Shown here piece after piece: positions 37,301 through 45,443 of a DNA stretch of 64,000 nt. Position numbers and translations under genes: made by a program. Location of the stretch: positions 19,176 to 83,175 of the IMG/VR virus record IMGVR_UViG_3300032301_000913, one strand, 5' to 3'. The stretch's first letter is position 1. Each line of letters starts with the position of its first letter. Source of the DNA: a virus. Its lineage: Duplodnaviria > Caudoviricetes. Below the pieces are notes generated by a model, which saw only the letters and a program-made list of their open reading frames with translations, made no database searches and was not told the origin of the DNA.

Positions 37301-38664
37301 CTCCAGGAGATCAAAATTCTGGAAATTCTATTAGGGTTGACCACTTTAATCACGGAATGTATTCAAATACAAATAAAGTAGTAATTAGTGGTGCAGAATC
37401 TAGTGTTCCTGCAACTACACTTTCAACGAAATTACTAAAAACGGATGGTTCCACCATCAGTATTGCAAATACTTCAAACTTTGGAACTTTTGAAGGAGTT
37501 GCAATTGGATTAAATAATCCTGGATATGTTGGATATGTAAAAATTGAAAATGAAATTATTTCATATACTTCAGTTGGTACTGGAACATTGAATGGAATAA
37601 CTAGGGGAATTGATTCAACTTTACCATTAGATTATGAAATTGGCAATTTAGTATATAAGTATGAATTAAATGGAGTTTCCTTAAGAAGAATTAATACTAC
37701 TCATGATATTAGTGATTCGGATATTGGAATAGATCACTATTCCATTCAAATTGATAAATCCACAAATGGTGTTAATAGGTCTTCAGATAATTTGAGAATT
37801 CCAGAATTATCTTTTGTAACTGGATCTTCTATGGGAGGATCTAATGTATACGCAACAACAAACATAAATTATAGTTCATTAATACCAGTTTATGATGTAA
37901 TTACTCCAGGATCTTCTACTTCAATTAGTGCAACAATTAGAACTGTTTCTGGAACTAGTGCTGGTGGTAATGAAACATCATTCCTAGATAATGGATTTGA
38001 ACCAGTTCAATTGAATACAATAAATGTTTTGCCAACAGTAAGAATGGTTTGTTCTAAGAAAAATGAAACCGAATATCTGAGCAATTTACCTAGAAATAGA
38101 TCATTTACTACTGGAATAACTTTAAATAGTTCAGATAAAAATTTGTCTCCAGTAATATATTTGAATAATTCCTCCACGGAATTTAGAAATAGTAGAATTG
38201 ATAATCCAATTTCAGATTATGTGACAGACTCTAAAGTTAATTCAATAATTAATGATCCTCATGCATCCTCTTATGTATCAAAACTAGTATCATTAAAGCA
38301 ACCTGCTACATCATTAAAGATCATTTTATCTGCTTATAGACACGAATCTGCAGATTTTAGAGTTCTCTATAGTTTAGTTAGAGCAGATTCTAGTGAAATT
38401 CCACAAGCATTTGAATTGTTCCCAGGATATAATAATTTACAGTATACTGATACAAGTCAGTATTCAGTTATAGACCCTTCAAAAAATAGTGGACTATCAG
38501 ATATATTTGTTTCACCAAGTTTGGAGAATGAATTCTTAGAATATGAATTTACTGCCGATGGTTTAGATTTGTTTACTGGATATGCAATTAAAATTGTTAT
38601 GTCCAGTACAAACCAGGCATATCCAGTAAGAATTAAAGAACTTAGAGCAATTGCAATAAGATGA
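31303..38664 (+). CDS. large virion structural protein (VrlC/DUF4815-like)
   Basis: PYYDDFD..KNFYKVLF.PG.PIQARELT.LQS, RTYDESG.Y, GFFVDDF, DPLAQTF. Confidence 0.85.
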   Translation: MAQKTDLNISPYYDDFDSKKNFYKVLFNPGRPIQARELTTLQSILQNQIETFGSHMFKEGSMVIPGNIAYDGQFYSVKLNPTNFGIDISVYINSFIGKKIIGQSSRTTATIQYVALPDNINVEDLTIYVKYLESDKNFVFNPFEDGESLIAEENITYGNTTINAGTPFASLISLDATSVGSAASIGDGVYFIRGYFANVSKQTILLDNYTNTPSYRVGLKIDELIINPKDDNSLYDNAKGFTNYAAPGADRFKINLTLTKKLISDTNDTDFVELLRVQDGKIKKIEEKTQYNKIRDYLAERTYDESGDYSVTPFTTTIHNSLNDRLGSNGLFFDNETTDQNNSPSKDLMCIKISPGKAYVRGYDVDKTSTTIIDVEKPRDTETISTVNIPFEMGNILRVNRVSGTPKQNAIVNLYGQLNTDGEIIGGARVYSLKLTDSAYSRDATNWDLCLYDIQTYTKLELNKSISDSELPKSSFVKGKSSGASGYAVDSGGASTIIKLSQTSGTFSKGEQLIINGINSSTSIKTITSYGTQNIKSVKQPTAISGLPIEFSANAFLERFNFQNNITTVTINGSTITSAGKQFSGVRENTIIRYQKPGSTVETYNRISSVSANGLTLTVSPITTSVSGVFDGTLSGAGSTTTNIQIGAPIVRNESKGYLYAQLPDSNVSSVNLSDSLLTISTQITGETTDITGKLVLNSSDIIGISSAFFTAFDEERYSVHYSGGGIGTITQDSFSINPSLNQVTISGLNANATGVVVNATVVKNGIQSKKKTYNRSNTLEVAFSKYPQSGTGISSSIGDGLTYNQFYGLRVQDQDISLNYPDVCKVLAIYESYDTSSPSLDKVQFTSSANVTTNAIIGENIIGNISKAIARVVSKPLTNILGIVYLNSERFSEGETVKFEESNMTVDIESITVGSYKDLTYTYQLDKGQKDQYYDYSRIVRNKNVPEPSKKLLIVFDYYSVPSNDSGDVFTVLSYDQERFTNDIPNIGRMNVRSSDTLDFRPRVQPFSTNDKSPFDFLSRDFGTGKQINLSSNESSLIGYDYYLPRIDKLYLDKLGTFVVEKGIPSKKPKVPSKNGDSMVIATITLPPYLYHPSDARVTPVDNRRFTMRDIGGIQDRVANLERVTSLSLLEVNTQTLQIQDSDGRNRFKTGFFVDDFKDYSSINTKLSAIEITPASGELHPITNRNSLKSQLAPATALIDEQLDLSTNYELLDPNVQKTGNCVTLKYESVGWIEQPFATSVENVNPFSVLAYVGDIKLDPDRDYWVRTIQLPDKHVSNTLTNPSINLTNNVQVNQFTTSNTNTNNVVENVIFGMGNWRESSTTAPVASLSSSSASSTQSSTSSYSLSDYDTTIQNIKVASAEEKFIRSRNIEFSISNIKASTQFYLFFDSSSAVDFIPKLVEISNTTTLTNYGSSGSFIVGEEVIGTSNGQNLITFRVATANHKYGAFNSPSKTYTINPYLKDESLPSTYSSSSKVLNIDTYSLAQEAQGKYYGYLVKGMRLVGQTSGAVAYVKDLRLISDNYGDLIGTTFLRDPNSTPVPSVRIETGTKTFKVSSSSTNSLGLPGSTSISYAETNYTADGMVEQWENLITTTIRTTDINTTTNTTTTNTNINLNNHTTTTETRYVDPLAQTFIVGGNVEAPSPTNTNDDVNGAFLTSVDLYFASKDDGNSPVKVEIRTVELGTPTRIRIGNAVTLKPDQINISDDAETPTKVTFDSPIYLAPGKEYAIVVIAETSLKYELWAATMGEKTVNTKSLPDANSVRYTTQFSMGSLFKSQNGSIWTASQYQDLKFKLYKAEFTSPTGTAYFYNPTLDKSNGYISKLSNNPLSTSPKTGTLGITTTSLTSTLSVGRKISGSNSSTYGYIVGSGSSVASVSLTSGGSNYVTDTDVETYNIIGKGSGLRLNISATNGVITGTPTIVSLGNGYSAGDVVGIVTSSVSSNTGTGANITITGNGSTIDTLYLSGIQGQAFAVGAGVSYYDNSGQIVSLASTTIRSFVPPGDQNSGNSIRVDHFNHGMYSNTNKVVISGAESSVPATTLSTKLLKTDGSTISIANTSNFGTFEGVAIGLNNPGYVGYVKIENEIISYTSVGTGTLNGITRGIDSTLPLDYEIGNLVYKYELNGVSLRRINTTHDISDSDIGIDHYSIQIDKSTNGVNRSSDNLRIPELSFVTGSSMGGSNVYATTNINYSSLIPVYDVITPGSSTSISATIRTVSGTSAGGNETSFLDNGFEPVQLNTINVLPTVRMVCSKKNETEYLSNLPRNRSFTTGITLNSSDKNLSPVIYLNNSSTEFRNSRIDNPISDYVTDSKVNSIINDPHASSYVSKLVSLKQPATSLKIILSAYRHESADFRVLYSLVRADSSEIPQAFELFPGYNNLQYTDTSQYSVIDPSKNSGLSDIFVSPSLENEFLEYEFTADGLDLFTGYAIKIVMSSTNQAYPVRIKELRAIAIR

Positions 38665-38867
38665 TAAGAGTAGAAGGACATCCAAATCTTTATAGAGATG
38701 AAGCATCAGGCGCAATTATAAATTGCGATTCTGTGGCATATAATCAATATGTTAATTCATTACACTCCAGAGATTTGCAAAAAAAAGAAATTGATAATAT
38801 GAAAAATGATATAAATGAGATAAAATCTTTACTTAAACAATTATTGGAGAAAAATGGATCCATCTAG
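38661..38867 (+). CDS. small coiled-coil hypothetical protein
   Basis: ORF track; coupled to the upstream gene. Confidence 0.75.
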   Translation: MIRVEGHPNLYRDEASGAIINCDSVAYNQYVNSLHSRDLQKKEIDNMKNDINEIKSLLKQLLEKNGSI

Positions 38868-39027
38868 CATTATATTAAATAGTACACATAAATTATTCCA
38901 ATATGAGAGGATTTCTAGAGAAATCGATACTTGTAATGATATTACAGAATTAAAAAATATTGCAAAATCTTATGTTAAACTTCATTTAGCACAACAAGAA
39001 GTTATTTCAACTCTTGGAATAGAGTAA
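38854..39027 (+). CDS. 57-aa hypothetical protein (MDPSSIILNS...)
   Basis: read manually; GGAG RBS. Confidence 0.65.
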   Translation: MDPSSIILNSTHKLFQYERISREIDTCNDITELKNIAKSYVKLHLAQQEVISTLGIE

Positions 39028-39059
39028 ATATAAATAGACTTAAGGAATATATTAAAAAA

Positions 39060-39410
39060 ATGGCAGTTTATGTTTCCAATATTGTCATTGAACAGGGATT
39101 TGACTATTCTAGTATCTTCAGTTTAGAAGATGCTAGGACAAATTCATATCTAAACATTGTTGGTTATGCCGTAACTGCACAAATGAGAAAGAGTCCTTCC
39201 AGTTCAACTGCCGTTGCTTTTGCTTCCACAATTATAAATGCTGAAGTTGGTGCAATACGCATTTCACTAACAAGTGCTCAAACTCTAAATTTAAAACCCG
39301 GAAGATATGTTTATGATGTGATGTTAGAAAATGGTGGTTTGGGATCGGGTGGACAAAAATATAAAGCTATTGAAGGAATGGTTCTAGTACGAGCAGGAGT
39401 CACACACTAA
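39060..39410 (+). CDS. small virion structural protein (baseplate-upper-protein-like N-terminal domain)
   Basis: IEQG.D...AQMRKS...ISLTS.QT..LKPGRYVYDV; late promoter upstream. Confidence 0.7.
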   Translation: MAVYVSNIVIEQGFDYSSIFSLEDARTNSYLNIVGYAVTAQMRKSPSSSTAVAFASTIINAEVGAIRISLTSAQTLNLKPGRYVYDVMLENGGLGSGGQKYKAIEGMVLVRAGVTH

Positions 39411-39742
39411 TGCCAAACATATCAGACAGAATTGGCAATCAAAACGTTATTAGAGTCCTTTCTAATATAGGAGCATCGGCAACACGATTAGTAGATTTAA
39501 GTGATGTTGATGTATCTTCATTAGCAGATGGATTTGTGCTTGAATATAAGGCACAAACTTCAAAATTTATTACAACTGATTCATTTAGATTCCTAAAGAA
39601 TGTAAATGTAACTGGAATATTAACTACTTACAATCTTGATGTTATCGGCGCAACAACATTTCGCGGTGATTTATATGTTGGTGCGGACTTATATGTGGCA
39701 GGTGATATAAACCTTAAGCAAATTGATGGGGGAGAATACTAA
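39410..39742 (+). CDS. short fiber-like structural protein
   Basis: L.DLSDVD motif and IDGGEY C-terminus. Confidence 0.6.
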   Translation: MPNISDRIGNQNVIRVLSNIGASATRLVDLSDVDVSSLADGFVLEYKAQTSKFITTDSFRFLKNVNVTGILTTYNLDVIGATTFRGDLYVGADLYVAGDINLKQIDGGEY

Positions 39743-40569
39743 TGGCAAAACCAGCAAGTAGACAAGAACTTGTAAATTACTGTCTAAGGCGTCTAGGTGC
39801 TCCTGTACTGGAGATTAATGTTGATGATGATCAAATAGATGATCTAGTCGATGATGCCCTTCAACTGTTCTATGAGAGGCACTTTGATGGTGTCGAAAGA
39901 ATGTATTTGAAGTATAAATTGACACAGGAAGATATTAATAGAGGAAAATCTACCGGTACAACCGGAGTCGGAATTGTAACAACTACTGGAACTTCACAAG
40001 GAAAAACTTTTAATTTTTATGAGACTTCAAATTTTATCCAAGTTCCAGATTCTGTAATTGGAATTGAAAAGGTATTTAAATTTGATACTAGTGACATTTC
40101 TGGTGGAATGTTTAGTATCAAATACCAATTATTTTTAAATGATCTTTATTATTTCAACTCAGTTGAATTGCTACAGTTTGCAATGGTGAAATCATACTTA
40201 GAAGATATCGATTTTCTATTAAAAACTGATAAGCAAATCAGATTTAATAAAAGACAAAACAGAATGTATCTTGATATAGATTGGGGCGCACAAAAAGAAA
40301 ATACATTTTTTGTGATTGATTGCTATAGAATATTAGATCCTAATGATTTTACTAAAGTTTATAATGATAGTTTTATCAAGAGGTATCTTACTGCACTGAT
40401 TAAGAGGCAGTGGGGTCAAAATCTAATTAAATTTAGAGGTGTTAAATTACCTGGTGGTGTTGAATTGAATGGTAGAGAAATATATGATGATGCCGAAAGA
40501 GAAATTCAGTCAATACTAGATCGAATGTCAATGGATTATGAACTTCCACCGTATGATTTCATTGGATAA
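39742..40569 (+). CDS. gp13: neck protein gp13
   Basis: KP.SRQEL..YCLRRLGAPVLEINVDDDQ, LIKRQWGQNL.KF. Confidence 0.95.
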   Translation: MAKPASRQELVNYCLRRLGAPVLEINVDDDQIDDLVDDALQLFYERHFDGVERMYLKYKLTQEDINRGKSTGTTGVGIVTTTGTSQGKTFNFYETSNFIQVPDSVIGIEKVFKFDTSDISGGMFSIKYQLFLNDLYYFNSVELLQFAMVKSYLEDIDFLLKTDKQIRFNKRQNRMYLDIDWGAQKENTFFVIDCYRILDPNDFTKVYNDSFIKRYLTALIKRQWGQNLIKFRGVKLPGGVELNGREIYDDAEREIQSILDRMSMDYELPPYDFIG

Positions 40570-40571
40570 TT

Positions 40572-42029
40572 ATGGCATTAAATCCATTTTTTCTTCAAGG
40601 TTCTCCAACAGAACAAGGTTTAGTTCAAGATTTGGTCAACGAACATTTAAGAATGTTTGGAATTGAAGTTTATTATATTCCTAGAAAATTATTAAAGACT
40701 GATAATATCATCAGAGAAGTACAATCTTCAAAATTTGATGATAATTTTATTATTGAGGCATATTTAAACAATCATGAGGGATATTCTCCCGGTAGCGATA
40801 TTATGTCTAAGTTTGGAATTACTTTGAAAAATGAGTTATCATTAATAATTTCTAGAGAGAGATTTGAGGAATTTATAAGTCCATTTTTGTCAGAAATAAT
40901 TGCAGGAGAACCTAGTTATTCTCCCGGAGAGAAACTAGTGTTTGCGACCAGACCAAAAGAAGGAGACTTAATATTTTTTCCATTGGGGGAAAGACTATTT
41001 GAATTAAAGCACGTAGAATTTGAAAATCCATTTTACCAATTGGGAAAAAATTATGTTTATGAGTTGAAATGTGAATTGTTCGAATATGAGGATGAAGAAA
41101 TTAGTACTGGTATTGCTGAAATAGAATCCACATTATCAGATACTGGTTATATAACAGATCTAAAACTTGTTGCATTTGGCGGATCTGCACAGTGTCAAGC
41201 AATTGTGAGTCCATATGCAGGAGTTAATGAAATCATAATTACTAATGATGGTTATGGATACACAAGAACACCTACAGTAACTATAGATCCACCACCAGAT
41301 TTTACATTAGATCGTAGTTTACTTTTGGGTGCTACTAGTTTGAATAAAGACATTTCTAAAGCAACTGCGGTAGCAATAACAACCTCTGTTGGTGGAGTTA
41401 AGTCTATAAGTAAAATTTTAATTACAAATAGTGGATATGGTTATATTGATCCACCAAAGGTGAGAATCTCTGGTGGTGGTGGAACAGGTGCTACTGCCAT
41501 CTGCGGAATTACTACCAATTTAATTACAAGAATTCATATTGTAGATAAAGGTGATAGGTATTATCAACCACCAACCATAGACATATCTCCACCAGTGGGA
41601 GGTGGGACGACTGCCACGGCCGTTGCAAAGATTTATTCAGGAAGACTTTCTGAAGTTTTACTTGTAAATGCAGGATCTGGATACACATCTTTACCAACAA
41701 TCACAGTATCTGCACCACCAATAGTTGGATTTGGAACTTATATTGTATCCGAAGAAGTTACTGGAACTTTATCTGGTACTTCTGCAATCGTGAAGTATTG
41801 GGAAAATCCAGGAAAAGATATTGACAAAATATTAAGAGTTTACCTAAATAATGGAACATTTAATGTAGGTGAAAATATTGTAGGTTCTGCATCCTCTGCA
41901 ATATATACATTAAAATCATACGATTTAGATACAACAACTAGCGACAACTATTCTCAGAATGATGAAATACAGCAAGAAGCAGAGTTGATAGTTGATTTTA
42001 GCGAATCGAATCCATTTGGTACTTACTAA
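40572..42029 (+). CDS. gp14: neck protein gp14
   Basis: LNPFF, RPKEGDLIFFP, FEYEDE, DFSE.NPFG. Confidence 0.95.
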   Translation: MALNPFFLQGSPTEQGLVQDLVNEHLRMFGIEVYYIPRKLLKTDNIIREVQSSKFDDNFIIEAYLNNHEGYSPGSDIMSKFGITLKNELSLIISRERFEEFISPFLSEIIAGEPSYSPGEKLVFATRPKEGDLIFFPLGERLFELKHVEFENPFYQLGKNYVYELKCELFEYEDEEISTGIAEIESTLSDTGYITDLKLVAFGGSAQCQAIVSPYAGVNEIIITNDGYGYTRTPTVTIDPPPDFTLDRSLLLGATSLNKDISKATAVAITTSVGGVKSISKILITNSGYGYIDPPKVRISGGGGTGATAICGITTNLITRIHIVDKGDRYYQPPTIDISPPVGGGTTATAVAKIYSGRLSEVLLVNAGSGYTSLPTITVSAPPIVGFGTYIVSEEVTGTLSGTSAIVKYWENPGKDIDKILRVYLNNGTFNVGENIVGSASSAIYTLKSYDLDTTTSDNYSQNDEIQQEAELIVDFSESNPFGTY

Positions 42030-42826
42030 TGTTAGGAACTTACTACTATCACCATATTATAAGAAAGACAATAGTTGCTTTCGGTACAATTTTTAATGAC
42101 ATTCATATTCAGCATCAAAATAGTGCTGATGAAGTAATTTCTGATATGAAAGTTCCATTGGCATATGGACCAATGCAGAAATTTCTTGCAAAAATTCAAC
42201 AACAGGAAAAATTAAATAAACCGGTTGCAATTACTTTACCAAGAATGTCATTTGAAATGACTTCAATTAGATATGATTCAACCAGGAAAGTGGGAGTAAC
42301 TCAATCTTTTAAAGCATCTGATGGTGATAAATTGAAGAAGGTTTATATGCCTGTTCCATATAATATTGGATTTGAATTAAATATTCTTACAAAATTGAAT
42401 GATGATTCATTACAAATTGTTGAGCAGATTTTACCATATTTCCAACCAGCATTCACATTAACAGTGGATCTTATAGATTCTATTGGAGAAAAAAGAGACA
42501 TCCCACTAAATTTGGATGATGTTTCTTTTAGGGATGATTATGAAGGAGATTTTTCTGAAAGAAGAGCACTAATTTATACATTAAAATTTACGGCAAAAAC
42601 TTACTTATTTGGTCCTATCGCAGACACTACTGATGGACTCATCCGTAAGGTTCAGGTTGATATGTATACAAGTACAGATATTGTAAATGCAAAGAGAGAG
42701 ATGAGGTACACTGTCGAACCAGATCCAATTGATGCACAACCAGGCGATGATTTTGGATTCAATGAAAATTGGGAATTCTTCAATGATTCCAAAACTTATA
42801 GTCCAACGCAACAAACGGATATTTGA
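42029..42826 (+). CDS. gp15: tail sheath stabilizer/terminator gp15
   Basis: IRKTIVAFGTIFNDI, VPLAYGP.QKF, LPRMSFE, EQILPYFQP. Confidence 0.95.
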   Translation: MLGTYYYHHIIRKTIVAFGTIFNDIHIQHQNSADEVISDMKVPLAYGPMQKFLAKIQQQEKLNKPVAITLPRMSFEMTSIRYDSTRKVGVTQSFKASDGDKLKKVYMPVPYNIGFELNILTKLNDDSLQIVEQILPYFQPAFTLTVDLIDSIGEKRDIPLNLDDVSFRDDYEGDFSERRALIYTLKFTAKTYLFGPIADTTDGLIRKVQVDMYTSTDIVNAKREMRYTVEPDPIDAQPGDDFGFNENWEFFNDSKTYSPTQQTDI

Positions 42827-42835
42827 TGAGTAGAT

Positions 42836-43261
42836 ATGGCAAATGATTTCGAATCTATAGACAAAGCACTGAATACTGAAAGTATTGTTGAGGTTAAGGC
42901 AAAAACATCGGAAATAGAATTAATAGAATCAACTCCAAATGATGTACAAAAAGACTATGAATATAGTAGAGCACAGTTATATTCACTTATAGAGAAAGGG
43001 CAGGAAACATTAAATGGTATTATGGAATTGGCAGCAGAAACTGATAGTCCAAGAGCATATGAAGTTGCCGGACAAATTTTAAAAAGTGTTGGAGATACTG
43101 CAGATAAATTAATTGATCTACAGAGAAAAATGAGACTCATTGAAGATGAGGCAGTAAAGACTACAAACAATGTGACAAATAATGCAGTATTTGTTGGATC
43201 AACTTCAGAACTACAGAAATTACTCAAACAAGGTTTTCTAAATAATAAAGATAAATCTTAA
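42836..43261 (+). CDS. gp16: terminase small subunit gp16
   Basis: DYEYSR..LY.L, SPRAYEV, NNAVFVGST.ELQK. Confidence 0.95.
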   Translation: MANDFESIDKALNTESIVEVKAKTSEIELIESTPNDVQKDYEYSRAQLYSLIEKGQETLNGIMELAAETDSPRAYEVAGQILKSVGDTADKLIDLQRKMRLIEDEAVKTTNNVTNNAVFVGSTSELQKLLKQGFLNNKDKS

Positions 43262-43269
43262 GTATATAA

Positions 43270-44889
43270 ATGCAACTGAAGTCTCATAGAACAGTTGAAC
43301 AAATTGCAAAGAAGCATCGTCTTGAAGTTTCTTTTATAAAGAATCAACTCAAAATGGGAATTTCTATTGAGCACGAACATACTCAGGATAAAGTTCTAGC
43401 GACTGATATTGCTCTTCAACATTTGGATGAGATTCCAGATTATTATACTCGTCTGAAAAAGATGGAAGCAGATGCAAAGAAAGAACATAAAAAGTTCAAG
43501 GATGTAAAAGAAGATGCAGTAACTGATCTTCAAAGAGGTATTACTGAATTACCTGATGCATCTTATGATTCGATTGATAATTTAATGAGACGTATTATGA
43601 AGAAAAGAAAAGTAACCGCTAAACAACTTCATAATGATTTTGTTGACAAGCACAATCAAACTCCAGATACTTGGGCAAAGAAGAATATGAAAGAAGAAAA
43701 TGGTCTTTGGGACAATATACATGCTCGCAGAGAAAAAGGACTTCCTAGAAAAAAACCAGGACAAAAGGGATATCCAAAAACTTTAAAAATTGAAGAAGAT
43801 TTAAAGCAAGCACGTAAAAATGTTGGTGCAAGTAAGTGCTGGACTAATAAGAAAATTGGAAATCCTCCAACAAAAATGAAAGATGGTGAAGAAGTTCCAA
43901 ATTGTGTTCCTGTAAAAAAAGCATCAACTTCAAGAACACAATCGGAAAGTACCGATTCACTTGGTGATGATTGGCACACCCCAATTCGTGAAAGAGCAGA
44001 TAGATATTGTCCAAAATGTGAAAAACTTGAAAGAAGAAGTGAATGTAAATATGGTGCAAAATATTGGGATATGTTCTCTTTACCAGCAGAAGTAATTAGT
44101 TCTAAAAAAGATTATAACATAACAATGCCACATCCTGGAAATATGCCAGAAGAAAAGGATCATGAGTATTCTATGGCTCGTTCAGAACTTTCAACTATTA
44201 TTTCTGCAGTAAAAAGATTACAGAAAAAAATTAATAAAGGTGAAGGTAATATTGAAGCATGGGTTCAGTCGAAGATTACAAAAGCGGCAGATTATATTGA
44301 TACTGCAGCAGATTATATTGATACTGCAGCAGATTATGTTGATAGTGGTGAAATGAAAGTGGAAGGTGTAAGTTTTGATATTGGTTCAAATCACAGACAA
44401 ATACAAAGAAGAGCAAAAATTCACAATAAAACTAGAGAAAACACTAATTCTAATGAAGTATCTGTGGCACAAAGTAAATTAAATGAACCAAAGTGGTCAA
44501 AACCAAAATTAGAAAAAGAATCAGTAACTATTCAAGATGCTAATGGTAATGATTACGTAGAATTTATTGATTTAATCAAACCAGAAAAACTGAAAACATT
44601 TAATCAATTTGTGGCTGAAGCAAAGAAATCTGAGATGAAGTGCAACTCCCCAAAGGCCGAACCCGTGGGTGATTCACTCACGGGAAAATCTCACGTAGTT
44701 AAAGCGTGTGAGGGTGGAAAAGAAAAACTCATTCGTTTTGGTCAAAGAGGTGTAAAAGGTTCTCCAAAGAAAAAAGGTGAATCAAAGGAGTATGCAAGTC
44801 GTCGTCATAGATTTCAAACTAGACACGCAAAAAATATTGCTAAAGGTAAAATGTCTGCGGCCTTTTGGTCGAATAAAGTAAAGTGGTAG
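43270..44889 (+). CDS. modular putative internal head protein
   Basis: several short modules separated by E-rich linkers; internal KTFNQFVAE; 21-bp triplication. Confidence 0.6.
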   Translation: MQLKSHRTVEQIAKKHRLEVSFIKNQLKMGISIEHEHTQDKVLATDIALQHLDEIPDYYTRLKKMEADAKKEHKKFKDVKEDAVTDLQRGITELPDASYDSIDNLMRRIMKKRKVTAKQLHNDFVDKHNQTPDTWAKKNMKEENGLWDNIHARREKGLPRKKPGQKGYPKTLKIEEDLKQARKNVGASKCWTNKKIGNPPTKMKDGEEVPNCVPVKKASTSRTQSESTDSLGDDWHTPIRERADRYCPKCEKLERRSECKYGAKYWDMFSLPAEVISSKKDYNITMPHPGNMPEEKDHEYSMARSELSTIISAVKRLQKKINKGEGNIEAWVQSKITKAADYIDTAADYIDTAADYVDSGEMKVEGVSFDIGSNHRQIQRRAKIHNKTRENTNSNEVSVAQSKLNEPKWSKPKLEKESVTIQDANGNDYVEFIDLIKPEKLKTFNQFVAEAKKSEMKCNSPKAEPVGDSLTGKSHVVKACEGGKEKLIRFGQRGVKGSPKKKGESKEYASRRHRFQTRHAKNIAKGKMSAAFWSNKVKW

Positions 44890-44933
44890 AAAAGGTAAAG
44901 TGGTATAAATAATAGTAGATTTAAATTTTTACT

Positions 44934-45443
44934 ATGTCCATTACAAAAGGCGAAGATGGAAGATACTATAAACCTTGCCCCAAATGTGGCGAAATGCGGA
45001 GTTATTTGAGAAAGAATTATGCTTTAGAAAGTTTAAATCTTAAAAAAGTATGCAAAAAATGTTCCAATAGAAAAAATGAAAATTGCTTTAGAGGTTGGCA
45101 TAGAAATATTCGTGTTTCTTGGTTCAATAAATTTAAAGTAGGTGCAGAAACTAGAGGAATATTTTGGGATTTATCTATTGATGATGTTGCTGATATTATG
45201 GAAAAACAAAATTATAAATGTAATCTTACCAATTTGGATATAGTGTTTCCTAGTGTAGGTCATCCACAAAAATCACCAGCATCTATTGATAGAATAGATA
45301 GTAAAATGGGTTATATTAAAGATAATATACAATTAGTAGTTAAAGATATAAATATGATGAAACAGGGTTATTCCCAAGAGCACTTCATAGAACTTTGTAG
45401 ATATGTTGCAGAGAATACTAAGATGGGAAATAATATAAAATGA
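44934..45443 (+). CDS. HNH-type (His-Me finger) homing endonuclease
   Basis: CPKC...CKKC, Q.YKC.LT, SIDRIDS..GY..DN...V...INMMK; own late promoter. Confidence 0.8.
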   Translation: MSITKGEDGRYYKPCPKCGEMRSYLRKNYALESLNLKKVCKKCSNRKNENCFRGWHRNIRVSWFNKFKVGAETRGIFWDLSIDDVADIMEKQNYKCNLTNLDIVFPSVGHPQKSPASIDRIDSKMGYIKDNIQLVVKDINMMKQGYSQEHFIELCRYVAENTKMGNNIK

